A DNA stretch of 64,000 bases. It comes from Neocallimastix sp. 'constans' (taxonomy: Eukaryota). Position 1 is the stretch's first letter; every line of letters starts with the position of its first letter. Of this stretch, positions 14,670-30,600 are shown piece by piece. The translations under genes and the position numbers were made by a program. The DNA lies in the NCBI GenBank assembly GCA_050613775.1, contig JBODTK010000012.1, positions 1,240,001 to 1,304,000 of the forward strand, written 5' to 3'. The notes beneath the pieces were generated by a model. The model had not been told where the DNA came from. It was given only the letters and a program-made list of their open reading frames with translations, and made no database searches.

Positions 14670-15611
14670 TATATATTTTATATATTTTATATATTTATTT
14701 TATTTTTATTTTATTTTTTTTTTTTTTTTTATTTTTTTGTTTTGTTTTGTTTTATTTTAAATTTGATTTTGATATTAATAATAAATAAATATAATTACAT
14801 ATATATATTAATATTATATTTATATGAAATAAGAATGACTATGAATTTAATGTAAAGGTTATATTTTTTTTTTTAATTTTTTTTTTTTTTTGTATTATTA
14901 ATTTTATTTTTATTATTAAAATAAAAAAAAAAAAAAAAGAGATATACGGATCGTCTAATTTAAAAATGAACTAAAAATAAAATTGGAGAATTTTTTATAA
15001 TAAAATATTATAAATAAAATTCTAAAAAGAAAAAAACTAAATTTAATATATTTCTATTTTTTTTTTTTTTTTTTTATTAAATTTTATATTTGCTTTGATA
15101 TAAAAATAAATTAATATTTTTTTTTTTTTTTTTTTTTATCCTAAAATATATTTAAAATTTATAATATGGAAAAATATATATATATATATTATATTAAAAA
15201 AAAAAAAAAAAAAAAGAATAAAATAAAATAAAATAAAAATAAATAATAAAAAGAAAGAAAATAATATAAAAAAAAGTTTTTAAAAAGTTGAGATATTTAA
15301 ACATTATTATATTAAATCTAAATATAAAAAACTTTATTCAAAATTTTAAACGATTAATCAATACTCTAAAAAAATAAAATATATATATATATAATTTTAT
15401 TATAATTTTTTCATTCGTAAAAAAATTTTTATATACATTTACTTTTTTATTTTTATTTAATTCTTTTATTTTTTTTTTTTTTATTTTTTTTTTTTTTTTA
15501 ATTTTTTTTTATAAAATTTAAAAATAAAATAACATTTGATCATGGTTTGCCATTGAACATGTTTATAAAATATAGTTTGGTTTATAACTGGAAATAGAAT
15601 GTATATTTATA

Positions 15612-15645
<34 letters not shown>

Positions 15646-15858
15646 TTAATTATTAATTATGATTTGATATATATTTTTAATAGATTAATTAATGTTAACC
15701 TTTTTTTTTTATGGTATTTTGAAACTTTTCAAATAATATATTATTATCAGACCTAACTATTAAATATAAAAAATTATCATCAATTATATTAATAAATAAA
15801 TAAATAAATAAAATATATTGTTTTTAAATATATATCAACCAAAAAAAATACCATTTTC

Positions 15859-16029
<171 letters not shown>

Positions 16030-17050
16030 GAAGAAACTATATATAAATAATACAGTTTCTTCATCTATAATTAAAACATCATTATTTACCATTTACCATT
16101 AATCCATTAATATTAATAATACAATTATGACATAAACTACATTTAATATATATATATATACTTATTATATTTTATTTTATTTTATTATAATTAGAAGTGA
16201 ATAACACTTTTTCTATATATTTATATACGATATATATAATATATAATATTATTAAATTTATTAAATATATATAATGAAAATATATATTTAGAAAAAAAAA
16301 AATTTTTTTTATGGTTATTAATGATATGAATTTGGTAATTTAAGTGTTACTGTGTCCATTTAATATTCTATTTTGTACTGAGTAAGAGAGAAATATTTAA
16401 TTTATCAGAAAATTAAACGTAGAACTCTTTTTTTTTTTATTAATAGAAGTTCTTATTTTTTTTTTTTTATTTTTTTTTTTTTTAATTAATAGAAGTTCTT
16501 TTTTTTTTTTTTTTTTTATTATTATTATTATTATTTTTAAATAAATGTCTTTTTGTTCCTCACTATTGAACTGGTTGCTAGCTTCTCTAAAAAGCTAAAA
16601 ATTTTTCACAAATCTAAATTATATTCAATAATTTTTTTTTTTTTTTTCACAATCAAAAATAAAAAAATAAAAAAAATAAAAAAAAAAAAAAGATAAATTT
16701 ATAAGAAAAAATAGAAATAAAGGTAAAAGGCAATTTTTCCTTATTATTATTATTAATTATTAATTATTATTTACATTCAAAATAAAATAAAAATAAAAAA
16801 AAAATTAAAAAAATAAAAATAAAAAAAAAAAATTAAAAAAATCAAATGAATAAAAAAAAAAAAAAAAAAAGGTTATTTGACATTAATGAAAACCGATAAT
16901 TTTAAGTTTAACATTAGAAAAATATAATAAATTTTAATAAAATAAAATAAAATAAAATAAAATAAAATAAAATAAAATTTTTTATTATATATATATATAT
17001 ATATAATAAAAAATATTAAAAAAATATTTAATGAAAAAAAAAAAAAAAAA

Positions 17051-17084
<34 letters not shown>

Positions 17085-17223
17085 TATAATAAATAGATAA
17101 ATAGATAAATGTTTGTTTATAATTTATTTATTTTTATTTATATATTAAATAAAATATACATATGAACTTTAAAAAAATATTATAATAGATTCTCGACTTT
17201 ATATTTTATTATATATATATTAG

Positions 17224-17268
<45 letters not shown>

Positions 17269-17393
17269 AATTAGAAAAGGATGAAATATTATATATAAAT
17301 AATATTTTTTAAATTATATCTTATTAAAATATAATAAATATATATGTAATATATTTAAATATAAATTTTATTTTATATATATATTTAGTATAT

Positions 17394-18797
17394 TTAATTT
17401 ATATTTAAAAATGGACATCTATATTGAATTGAATTATGATGTTGTCTATGAACAGAATCAATACTATCATAATTTGTAAACCATCCTGCATAACTTGTAC
17501 CACAAAAACTACATTTTACTCTATCATTTAATAATTTTCCTGTTTCATCTTCAATTGGTTTATATTCAAAACCTCTTTGAGATAACTTTTTTTTTTTTTT
17601 TTTTTTGATAAAAAATTACAAATAAATTTAAAGATGAAAATATTTTTATTAATAATATTATTTATTTATTTATTTAAAATATTAATTAATAATATAGGAA
17701 TGAATTTTTTTAAAAAAAAAAGTAGTATATTTAATATATTATAAAACTTACAGCTATAAAGAGATCTTGATTTTTATATGGATATTGACAAACTTTATTT
17801 ACAGGATGATCTTGATAATTTAATACAGGTTGTTCATTTATAAAAGTATTATATCTTTTTTGACAACCTATGTAATATAATTCATTACATGCTTTATCAA
17901 AAGCTTCCATAAATCTTTTTAAATCTTTATTATTATTAAAAAATATAAAAAATAAAAACAAATATATTATTAATTTATAATTTAAATATTAAAAATGAAT
18001 ACTGAATACTGAAAAAAATGATTAAAGCAAATGATAATATATATATATAAACAAAAACTTGCACTAAAAAAAACTATTTTATTATTACCTTCTGTTGCTT
18101 TAAAATAAAAAACAATATTTGAAGAATCTTCTTCAGGATATGGTATAACAGTAGAATTACATATATTAACTTTTTTATTTTGTATTAAACTTAATTCGTA
18201 TTCATTTAAACGTGATGTATCAATAACATCCTTTAAATAAGCAATTGAAGTATTTATTAAAACTTTGTTCTTAAAATTTCTTCCAAATGAACTTATTAAT
18301 ATTTTATGATCATCATTTTTACTATATTTACTCATAAATTCCCATACTTTGAAATAAAAATTAAATAAATAAATAAATAAATAAAATCAGTAATGTTAAA
18401 GTACTAATTTTTATATTTTAAAAAATTTCATATCTAATTTATATAAATATATATACATTTAATATTTAATGAGGGTGCTTGTTGTCCGTATAAATTATAG
18501 GTAACTAATCGAAATTGTTTCTTTAATAAAAAAATTACAACAGGTCCTTTTTTAACCCATCTTTGTTTTTCTTCATTAAATTTATACATATTAGATATAC
18601 TATATTATCAGTTGAAAAAGAAGTTTTTTTATTTAAAAGTTTATGAACATAAATATATATATATATAATAGTAATAATAATTCAAAATATAATACAAAAA
18701 AAAAGTTAAAAATAAAATAAATTAACTTATTAAATATAAAAATATAAAAATAATAAATAAATATATAAATAATTCAAAAAAAAAAAAAAAAATAATA

Positions 18798-18840
<43 letters not shown>

Positions 18841-19783
18841 AAAAGGAAATTTATTATTAAATTACTTATAAATATTATTTACAATGCATTATCTACATCA
18901 AGTTCATCCCTCCATGGAGCTGACATATTTTCAGTTAAATCTCTAAATATTTTTAAAGCACGGGTCTGATACTTTTTACGCTTTTGTTCTATTTTAATTT
19001 TTGAAGTACCTTCACCAATTGTATCATCTGGATCACTTGGATAAAAATCACTAGCTATTTAAATTAACATTTTTTTTAAAAAAAAATAAATATTTTAGTT
19101 TTTTAAAATTAGAACAGTTAAATTTCTTTACAAATAAATATACTTATAGATAAAGTATATATATTTACCGTCATCTTCACATTCCTGATTAAAATTTCTT
19201 TGTTCAAAAATATTTTCTGTTTCCATATCAGTAACGTTGAAATTCATTTGATATTGTTTTTCAAAGCTTGTAAAAGCTATAAAAATTAAATACAAATTAT
19301 TAATTTTAAAATAAATATATTAAAATATGAATTGAATTAAAACATATAATAAATATATATTTATTATATTTGCTTAAAACAAATCATAATATATATATAT
19401 ATATATAATATAAAAATCAAATAGAATAATAAAAAGAAAAATATAATTTTTTCTTTATATATATATATAAAGATATATTTATATATATTTATAAATTTAC
19501 CAGTATTAAGTTCAGTATAACCACTATCATTTTCATCTTGGTTTGAAAATTTCGCATCTATTACAATATTATTTTAATTAAATTATTTAATTTATATAAA
19601 TTTTAGAATCATCCTTATAAATGAAATAATTTAAAAAAATTATTTAAAAAATAATAATAAAAAGTAAAAGGAAAAAACTAAAAAGTGAAAACTAAAAACA
19701 AAATAAAAAAAATAATAAATTTAATTTATTTTAATAAAAAATTTACAGTCCATGCTTGAAAAGTTTACTTGAGCAGTATTCAT
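17394..19783 (-). CDS. Multi-exon protein with acidic N-terminus, putative PH-like (RanBD/WH1-type) domain and a single C-terminal BIR (IAP-type zinc) domain
   Basis: The last two exons give KRYNTF...FIA|LSQRGFEYKP...DRVKCSFCGTSYAGWFTNYDSIDSVHRQHHNSIQYRCPFL*, matching the BIR pattern R..TF / L...GF.Y / D.V.C..C / W / H / CPF. Upstream, MYKFNEEKQRWVKKG and EDLKRFMEAFDKA resemble the first strands and terminal helix of PH-like folds. ATG at 19783. Confidence 0.75.
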
Positions 19784-22700
19784 TTTATTTCAAATTATTA
19801 TTTATAAAGAATTTTAATAAAAAAGCATAATAATTTATAAAAATTGAATTAAAATTTAATTAAAATATATATATATATATATATATTATTTTTTAATTAA
19901 TTTTAATTAAAAAAAAAAAATTACAGAAAGTTAATAATTGTTATTAAAAAGTGCACTTCATAGTAAAAAGTGAAAATTTAAAAAAAAAAATATTATTTAA
20001 ATATATATATTCTATAAAATTGATTCAATATAATTATAATATATATTTAATATATTATTTAATTAATGAAATTTAATTATTAAATTCTATAATAAATTAT
20101 TCAACAAATGAAACTTTGGCCCTAATAGTTCTATATCCATTAATTTATTATTTAATATCTGAAAAAGTAATGAAACATTTATCTGTAAAATATAGTTAGA
20201 TTAGTAAAATACTGTTGAATATAAAAAAACATAAAAATATACTACAAGTTTAAAAGTTTTCATTTTCATTTTAAATTTTATAATGAATGTAATATATATT
20301 TTCAATTCCAAAAAAAAAAAAAAGAGTAATGAAAAAAGATAAAAGAATAAATAACTGTGATATGAATTATAAAAATTAATTATATAAACTTTTCTTCTTT
20401 ATACGTACTTTTATTTGACACTTTCATTTGACTAGCACTTGTATAATAAAGTTAATAAGAATGAAGATAAATTAAATTTAAATTTTATTTAATTATTTTA
20501 TATATAAATAATATTTATTTATTTATTTATTTATTTATTATTTAATTATTAATTAATTATTTTTTTATTTAATTATATATTATTCATTTATTTATTTATT
20601 ATTTTTTTATTTATTTTTTTATTATGAATTATTTATTTTTTTATTTAATCATATATTATTCATTTATTTATTTTTTATTTTTTTATTTATTTTTTTATTA
20701 TTCATATATTTATTTATTTACTTATTATATATTTACTATTTATTTATTTATTATTTATTTACAAATTCACTTATTTATAAATATCTCTATTTTATTTAGT
20801 TCATTAATAATTGAATATTATGTAATTTTAATTTTATATATAATATTAATATTTATTAATTTACAATTTATTTATTTATTTTTATTTATTTTTATTTAAT
20901 TTTATTTATTTTTATTTATTTTTATTTATTTTTATTTATTTTTATTTATAATAATTTTTAAAGTTTTAAAGTTTTAATATTAATTAAAATTATATGATAT
21001 TCATATATTGAAGTATATTAAGCTTGTAAGTAATATGACCAATTTAAGAAATATATCTATAATTAAATAATATATTATTAGAAATATTAAAATAAATTTT
21101 AAATTTAAATTCAACTATATTATATATTAGTTTATATAGTAATATATGTAATTTATCATAAATTGTTTTATATTTAATTTTATGTTTTTTTAATATTACA
21201 ATTTTTAAAAATATATATTAACATATATATTATAATATAAATATATAAATGTATTTATATATTTATTTATTGATATTATTAATCAAATAATATTCATATA
21301 TAAAGTGTAATTTTCATCCTTTAATAATTTTTGATAATAAGATTCTTAAATAATAAATAATAATAATTATTAATGAACACGTTAATTATTTATATATATA
21401 TATATTTATATACATATACAGTAATCTGTAATTAAACAAATTATAGGTATAAAACCAAAAATTAATTAATAAGGGGTTAGAATATATAAAATATTTTTAC
21501 TTTTAAATAGTTTAATAATTTTATAGCTGATATTTATATTTAAAACATGATGATATTTATATTTAAAACATGATTATTTGATTTCTTTTTTTTATTAATT
21601 TTAATATATTTATATTATTAAAACCTATTATTGACTATTAATTAATGATGAAGTTTTTTTTTTTATTATTTAATTATATAGTTTATTTTTAAGTTTTAAT
21701 TTGCTTAATATACTTAGTGCTATTAACTTTATCGTACATATAATGTTCAAAAAATAACAATAGTAGCAATTTATATAAAAAGTCTTTCATTAAAATGTTT
21801 TAGTGATATTATTAATATTATCCTGTAATACTAATTATAATGATTTTTTTTATTTTTATTTTGATATTTATTCTTTTTTTTTTTTTTTTTTTTATTTTAT
21901 TTTATTTCTAATTCTAATTCTAATTTATTATATTTATTCAGAGGAAAAATAATTGAAAAGAAGTTATTAATAAAATCTATATTATAGAAAAAATTTTATA
22001 TAAAATAAAATATTTTCTATGGAGTGTCTATTATAAATAATAAAAAAGAAAAAAAAAATTTAATATATATAATATTATATTTATCAAATAATAAAAAATA
22101 ATATTTAATTATTACATATTATATATTAATATCTATAAATATTTTAATATTAACTATTAAAACATATTAATTAGCGAAATTTTTTTTAAGGGTCATATTA
22201 TGATGATAAATTAATGTACAAAGATATTATTATTATTTTAATTTTTTAAATCATTAATTGCTTTTTATATATATATGTTTTTTCTTTTTTTTTTTTTTTT
22301 AATTTATTCAATAAAATAGCTGTTCATGTTACTATTATTATCAATTATAGGTAGATATAGATACACTATTATATTACAATATATAATATATAATATTTAA
22401 TAATAGTAATTTTAATTTTTTCATTTTTTTTTTTAATAAAGCATGATAATTCAATTGTATTAATTTTTTTTTCTTTAATTATAGAATAAGATCATAGTAG
22501 ACTTTATATAAAAATATGAATAATTTTTTTTTTTATTTTTAATGGAATAATGTATTAAAAGAAAAATATATATTTTATTTAATAAAATAAAAATAAAAAA
22601 TATATATTTCATTTAATAAAATAAAAAAAATAAAAATAATTATTTATATATAATTTTTTAAAAATATTTAAAGTTATAATATATATATAAATATATAAAA

Positions 22701-23184
22701 TTTTTTATTAAAAAATTTTAAATATAGAGAAAAAATATATATGTAATTTTAATAAATAATAAAAATCAATAATCAAATTTTATATAAAAGTATAATAAAA
22801 ATTTTTTTTATAATGTTAATAATAGATGATGAAATACTAATATAATAAGACATTATATATATCGAGAATTCAGTAAGAATTAGAAAAATATAAAAGTGAT
22901 AATAAAAATTAATAATATTCAAATATAATAGAATTAGTAATCCAAAAGTCATATATATATAATCGTGTGTTGTTAATAATATTATATTTAAATAAATCAA
23001 TAATTACATCATTATTCATATAATATATAATATTATTACAAAAGAAGAAAAAAAATTTTTTTTTTCTAATTTTTATCGGAATTATTAAATAATATTTAAA
23101 TAGTAATATCTATTAATAATAGCATTATTAATTATAAAAGGAATAATTAAAATTAAATATTTATATTATAATATCAATATCAAG

Positions 23185-24644
23185 ATGAATGATAATATGG
23201 ATGTTGATCTTCAAGGAATATTGAAAAAAAGGACAAATGGATATAATGAGGACTCTCACAGTATTAAAAAATCAACGAAAAGAGTTCGAATTGAACTACC
23301 TATAGGTGAAGATTCTGATAGTGATGATTCTTCAAAAATTAGTAGTCCAAAAAAAAGAAGAGGAATAAATAATCAGTAAGACAAAAAAAATCTTAATATA
23401 TAATTGTTTTTTTTTTTTTTTAGTATTTTCATATAAATAATTAATAATTTTTTTTATACATATATTCATATTATTTTTAATATCATAATCGAAATAATAA
23501 TATTATTTTTAATATAAAAATTATTATATATATTATAAAAAAAAAAAAAAAAAAAAGAAATGAAATATTACCTTTTAATATACCCTTAAAGAACCAAAAT
23601 AATATAAGTTCAAATAATCAACAACAATTACTGTCTCAATCAAATAATAATGATGAATACAATAAAAAGAACAGAATTGTCATAACTCCTAAATCATCAC
23701 TAATATCTCAAAAATTGAAAACTATGAAATATAATTCAAAATATAATAATGGAAACAATATTAATAAAAATGGTTTTTCAATTGGTAATTCTTTAAGTTC
23801 TCAAAATGATAGTAATACCTCTAAAGAACTGAATAATCAATTTTCATTTTCAAATAGAACCCCTCCTTTATCAATAAATTTTTTTAATAATAATAATAAT
23901 AAATTCAAAAATTCCTTATCAGCATCGTTATCACCTTCTGTTAATTTAAGTTCATCATTAAATTCCCCAATTTCATTTTCTTTTCCATTTTCTTCATCTT
24001 TACCTACTTCTTTTACATTTCATTCATCTTACAAATCAAATAATAATTCATTTTCAAGTAACACTTGTAATGACAGTAATGGTTTTAGTTTTAACTATAC
24101 TCCCAATAATTTAATTTCAAACACAATTCAAGAATCAGATGAAAATAATAGCAAAGATATATTAAATAATTATAGAAGTAATAATTCTTTAAATCAAATA
24201 AATATGTCCAATTCATCCCTAAGTTCAAATTCAAATGGTATAATATTTTATTATTATATATATAATATTATTATTATATTATTAATATTAATAATATAAA
24301 ATAACAATCATAGCAGTAATTAAAAATCATTAAAAACTAACTCTATATATTTTTATTTAATATAATATTAAATATAAAAGAAGAAAACGAAAACAAAAAT
24401 AATTTAGATATTGATGATGATGATGATGATGATACTGATGTTGAAAAGCAAAAAAATTCCCTTTTAAGTAAAATAGCAAGGCAAAGCTTTGAAGCTGAAA
24501 AAGTAATTATAACCCTTATAATTAATAAATAAATAGATATAATTTAAAAATATAAAAAAAAATTATTAATTAAAATATATATATATATATATATATATTT
24601 AATAAATATAGAAAAGATACATGCAACATCATAAAGATAAATAG
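23185..24644 (+). CDS. Ser/Asn-rich, largely disordered hypothetical protein, 4 exons (23185-23375, 23558-24237, 24381-24502, 24612-24644)
   Basis: GT-AG introns join in frame. N-terminal GILKKR...KRVRI and SPKKRR basic motifs; poly-Asp tract. Confidence 0.75.
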
Positions 24645-24797
24645 AATAATCTTTAATACATTGATAATTTTTATAATTTTAATCCATAAAAAAAAAAAAA
24701 AAGAATTATTATTTAAAAGTAGTTGTCTCAAAAAATTAATTTTCAAGAATTAATTAAAGAAATATTTATTTATTTTTGAAAAGTTTTTATAATTTTA

Positions 24798-24848
<51 letters not shown>

Positions 24849-25056
24849 AAATATAAATTATAATATTAAACAACTTTTCAATTATTTATACATTAAGAAA
24901 AAGGATAAAAAAAAATATTAATATATTTTTTATTTATAGAGAAACATTTTTCAAATGTATGATATTTCAATGTAAAATAATTTATTAATGATATATAATA
25001 TTTAATTATAATATAAAAAATATATTTAAATATATTACTATCGATTTATTAGTATA

Positions 25057-25106
<50 letters not shown>

Positions 25107-26019
25107 AAATAAAACTAAAAATAACAAATAAATAAAAAAATATTTTATCTTAATATATTAAATGCATCTTTTTTTTATTTTCTTCTATAATATCTGCCTA
25201 TGAGAGAGCATATCGATGTATTGTGACTACTTTAATATTTCCATGCCTCGAGGGGTCCAAAGGACGGTACACACCGGAAATAAGAAAAAAAATATTTTTT
25301 TTTCCTATTCTCATTCATTTTTGGAATAATAATAATTCATAATCAAATCATTTAAGAAATTGGAATATTATTATCTATTCTTTTAATAAATTATTTTTTT
25401 TTTTTTTTTTTTTTTTTTTTTATCATATTAATTAAACGACAGGCTTAAAATGCACCACATAAATTTAAATTTTAAGTTAGAACTATAAAAAAAAAAAAAT
25501 TAGTTAAAATTTTAGTTTTCTTTTTTTTTTTTTTTTATTGAATAAAATTTTTATTCATAAAAATCTTTTTTTCTTATAATAAAAATTACTAGATAAAGAT
25601 TATTGATTAATACATCGTAGAAATAGTTAGACATTTAAATTTTTATATTAATATTTTATAAATGTTTTATAAATAAAAATAAAAATAAAAACGAAAAATA
25701 AATAAAAAATTTTTTTTTATTTAATAATTATTAAATTAGAATAAAAATTTTGTGTATTAATTATTAAAATAAAAAAACCTTTATTGTTTTATTAATCATC
25801 TAGGTATATTTAATATTGCTTAGATCTATATTATTTAATTTATTATATGAATTATATAAATTATAGTATTATATTTCATTATTACCAAGAATCTATAGTA
25901 TTTTATACAAATAATTTTTTTTTTTTTTTTTTTTGTTAAAAAAAAATGTTAAATACTATATAAAATAATGATAAAAAAAATTAAAGATATTTTCACCATT
26001 GATAATTCCTATACTAATC

Positions 26020-26760
26020 AATTATGATACACAATTGTTCTAGATACTTACATATGTTCTATTCAATCTTCATGCTTACTTTAGCTCTGGACATGATGAA
26101 AATGATGAAGATGATATTAATCTCTTTTCTGTTACTTAAAAGACTTCTAAATCTGATAATTACTTTTGTTCTACTAAATATGATAATTACTTCAAAAAAA
26201 ATTAGTTTACTGTATTAGATTTCAACAATATGTCATTGTTCATAGTATGAATTTTAGTACTTTATCTTTTCTCCTGGTACTTCACCCAAGATGGAGGTAA
26301 CTGGGTATGAAGATCTAGTTGGTTCATTCCACACTCATAGTGGATTATCAGTGACTTTTATTTTTCATTAGTTGCTTGAATTATTTCTACTCAATCTGAA
26401 TTTATGATTTCCAATGATTTTATTTTCTATTTACAACATATCTAATGGAAATAACACAAATTCAAACTCATATCCATTTGGAATATATAGTCATCTTCTT
26501 TTTATTTCTTCTTAAAATTATAAATACCATTCTGTTAATTGTCAAGTGGTATATGATGATTTTAATTGTAATTGAATTGGGATGTGAAAATAATCTTTGA
26601 GATGAAAAATCTCTTTCAACTAAATACCAGTTTATTAGTTAATTACTTACTGGTTGAGGTCATTAGTGCTATTCTTCAGGCTCCTCTGTTTAATATAACG
26701 ATCTTGACGATGACTAAGGTATTTAAAACTATGACTTGTATGATATCTCACTCAACTATT
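26020..26760. pseudogene. Degenerate coding-like relic (possibly a decayed transposon fragment)
   Basis: About 740 bp of higher sequence complexity and GC than the flanks, with only short stop-interrupted frames (e.g. YFSSGHDENDEDDINLFSVT*, PKMEVTGYEDLVGSF). No recognisable intact domain. Confidence 0.3.
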
Positions 26761-27683
26761 AAATATTTACAAAATAAAAATTTTATATATAATTAGTTTT
26801 GACATTAAATTATATATAAAAAATACTTATATAAATAGTTTTAAATTTTAAACTATGATAATAATATATATAATAAAATTAAAATTGAAAATTTAATTAG
26901 TTATAATTAAATCGATGTAAAAAATATATATATATATATTTTTATATTTTTACAAAAATAAAAATAATAAATAAATATTGATTATTTATTATTTTTTTTT
27001 TTAAAAAAAAAAAAATTCAATATTAAAATGTGTAATATTTGTACTTTAATAAAAAATATTTTTATTAAATATCAAATATTGATATTATGTTAGCATTAAT
27101 ATATAATGAAAGCTTTGTATCATTACTTATACCAAAAAAAAAAAAAGAAAGATAATATTAATATAAATATAGAATATTAATTATTGATATAAAATAAAAA
27201 GATAAAAAAAAAAACATAATTGATAATTGATTATATATAATAAATAATAATTAATATTCAAGTATATATGATTAATTACAAATTTATTTGAAAAAATATA
27301 TACTGTTTATTTAGTATATAATTAAACAAAAAATATTATTATTTTTAAAAATAGATTTTTTTTTATTTAAATATATGAATTTTTCATTATTAAAAACACA
27401 AGACCTTTAATCAAAAAAAAAAATTTTTTTTTATTTTATTATTTTTTTTATTAATTTAAATAATATTTTATTGTATTTATATTGAATTATTATAATATAT
27501 ATTATTTTTTTTTTGGAAAGTTATGTATATTGCAATTTGTATTATTCTGACTTTAATATATATTTAAAAATATAGTACAAAATTATAATAATAATAATAT
27601 TTATTTTTTTTTTATATAATTTATTTTATAATTTTTTAATATTTTTTTTTTATTTAAAAATAAAGTACATTACATATTTTATT

Positions 27684-30600
27684 CTAACATTTTCCATTTG
27701 AATCTGGTGTTTTCGTTGGATCATAGCAAGCTACACATCCATTTTCATTACATTCTGCACAACTTTCATCACAAATGAAACATATACCATTCTTTTGCAT
27801 ATAACTATATTGGCAAACACATTTACCATCACTAATAATAGCTCTCTTATCTTTACAAGTAGTACATGAACCACTTCTATTACATGTAGCACATTCAACA
27901 TCACAAGCTTTACATGATTCATCAATATCTTCATAATAACCATCCTTACATTTACATTTTCCTTTCTTATCTGGATTTCTAAATTCACTCGTACATTCTA
28001 TACATTTTTCACTTGTACATTTAGAACATCCTTCATCACATTCAAGACATTCATTATTACTTTCATAGTAATGAACATCACATTCACATTTGTGGTTCTT
28101 CAATACTCTGTGATCTTCACATGCTGTACAACCATAATAATCACATTCTGTACAACCATTTTCACAAATAAGTTCTTGACTAATAACACATTTTTGAACT
28201 GTTCTAACAACGTTTTTGTAGAATAATTCAACCATTTTTTCACTTTGCCCTGAGGTAAATTCCTTCATATTAAAAGCACGACAGAAACCTCCATTTAATA
28301 AGATTTGACCTTGTAAACTCTTTTCTTGTTTTCTCGTAACTAATTTATCATAAATTTCCTCTCTCTCGAATTCTTGTTTCGCAATACTATCTAATAATGG
28401 GTTACCATATTGAGAAGTAATAGTGGATGAATCATCAGTGTCGGATAATCTGTTGTTAACCCATAATGGATTTGAACTACTAAATTGTGAATTAGAAACA
28501 TCACTTCCTTGAGAATCGAATAAATCATCATTCAATAACAAAAAGAGTTGAATACTATCCTTTATAATTAATTGTGCAGTCTCATCAACTTCCTTTTGAT
28601 AGGCTTCACTTAATATAATTGGTTGTCCATTTCGGTAGAAAGTGTATACACCATCAACAGAAGTTAAAATAGCTGGACTAAATGATGGCTCGAAAAATAC
28701 ATCAGCTCCATATTCTGGCAAATTATTTTTGCTAAGGTAGTATGGAAAACCAACAAAGCTTTCAACATCTTTTTTATCAACATCTTTTCCATCAAATTCC
28801 TCTAAATTAATAACATTTGTAAGATTTTCAATTTGTAAGGTATTTCTGTTTTCTTTATAAATTGGAAGATCAGAATCTTCATCTGTTAAAAGAATAATAG
28901 TCTTTGTACTTCCTTCTCTCCATTTAATCTCATTAATATCGCTGAAATTATCAATACCATAATTATTACCAGTCCAATCAACAAAATAGTCTACATTATT
29001 AAGGAACATTCTAATTGCTTCTAAACCTGATTCTTGTCCACTTTGTTGACAATTTAATTTACTGAATGCTTCTTCTACAACTTTTTCTTCCTTTGTAAAT
29101 GATGCATATAGACGTGGCTTACCACCAAAACCAATAATAGCATATCTAGCATTAGCATTAACCTTATATAATTCATCAATTAAGATATTTAATTTGTTTC
29201 TCATGGCGTCAATGTATTTACACATAGATGCACTTTCATCAATAATAAATACAATATCTGCATTAATTTCTCTATTTTCAACTTCTTCATCATTACAAAC
29301 GGTAATATTTTTGTATGGCACTGGTGGTAATACAGTTGGTTCGATAGTATAAAGTGTAGCAAAGGTTGATGTAGTCGTAGTACCGGGTATTTCAATATTA
29401 TTAACTTCTTCTTCTTCTTCTTCTGTATATGGTACTTGTTTGGTAGTACACGTTTCAACAGCTTTAACAACATTTCTGTAGAATAATTCTACTATACTAT
29501 CACTTTGTTCAGAGGTAAAATCTTTTAAATTGAAAGCACGACAAAAACCTCCCATATTTAAAACTTGACCTTGTAAACTTTTTTCTTGATTCTTATCCTT
29601 TAATTTGGAATAGATTTCTTCTGCTCTAAGATCAATTGTTCTAATACTATCTAATAATGGATTACCATATTGAGCATTAATAGTTGATGATTCATCACTT
29701 TCAGTAAAATGATTATTGGCCCAGTAAGGATTGCGATTATTGAATTGAGAATTGGAAACATCAACACCTTGTGATTCAATTAAATTATCACTTAATAACA
29801 TGAAAAGCTGAATATTATTATTGATAATTAATTGAGCTGTTTCGTCAACTTCTTTTTGATAAGAATCACTTAAGACCAGTGGAGTGCCTGAACGATAAAG
29901 AGTATATATTCCATTTACTGATGTTAAAATAGCTGGACTAAATGATGGTTCAAAGAAAACATCTGAATTATAGTTTGGCATGTATTCCTTATTTAAGTAG
30001 TATGGGAAACCCATAAATTTTTCAATATCATTTTGACTAATATCTTTATCTTCATACATTGAAATATCAACATCACTTTTCTTTACTATATTTTCTATTT
30101 GTAAATCATTTCTGTTTTCTTCATATATTGGAAGATCAGAATCTTCATCAGTGACAAGAATAATAGTTCTTGTACTTTTTTCTCTCCATTCCAATTTATC
30201 AATATCAACAAAATTTTTTTCACTATTAACTTTTTCAATTCTATTAATGAAATTTTTTGATTTATTAAGGAACATTCTAATTGCTTCCAAACCAGATTCT
30301 TGACCACTTTCATCACAATCAAGATTATAGAATGATTCTTGAATTACTTCAATATCATCTGTAAATGCACTATAAATACGGGGTTTACCACCAAAACCAA
30401 TAATAGCAAATCTAGCGTTAGCTTTAACCTTTTTTAATTCTTCTATTAAGCTGCTTAACTTTTTTCTCAATGGATCAATGTATTTACACATAGAACCACT
30501 TTCATCAATAATAAATACAATATCGGAGTTAATTTCTTTAGTTTCAACAAGGTCATCATCACAAACAGTAACATTTTTATATCTAATATATGAAATTGGT

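Noticed and set aside
15541..15562. GTTTGCCATTGAAC as an RFX X-box upstream of the ciliary-type gene
   Set aside because: Imperfect match to consensus and ~870 bp from the ATG.
16320..16615. Two mildly GC-richer patches that might be snoRNAs
   Set aside because: No convincing C/D or H/ACA box arrangement or rRNA guide recognisable by eye.
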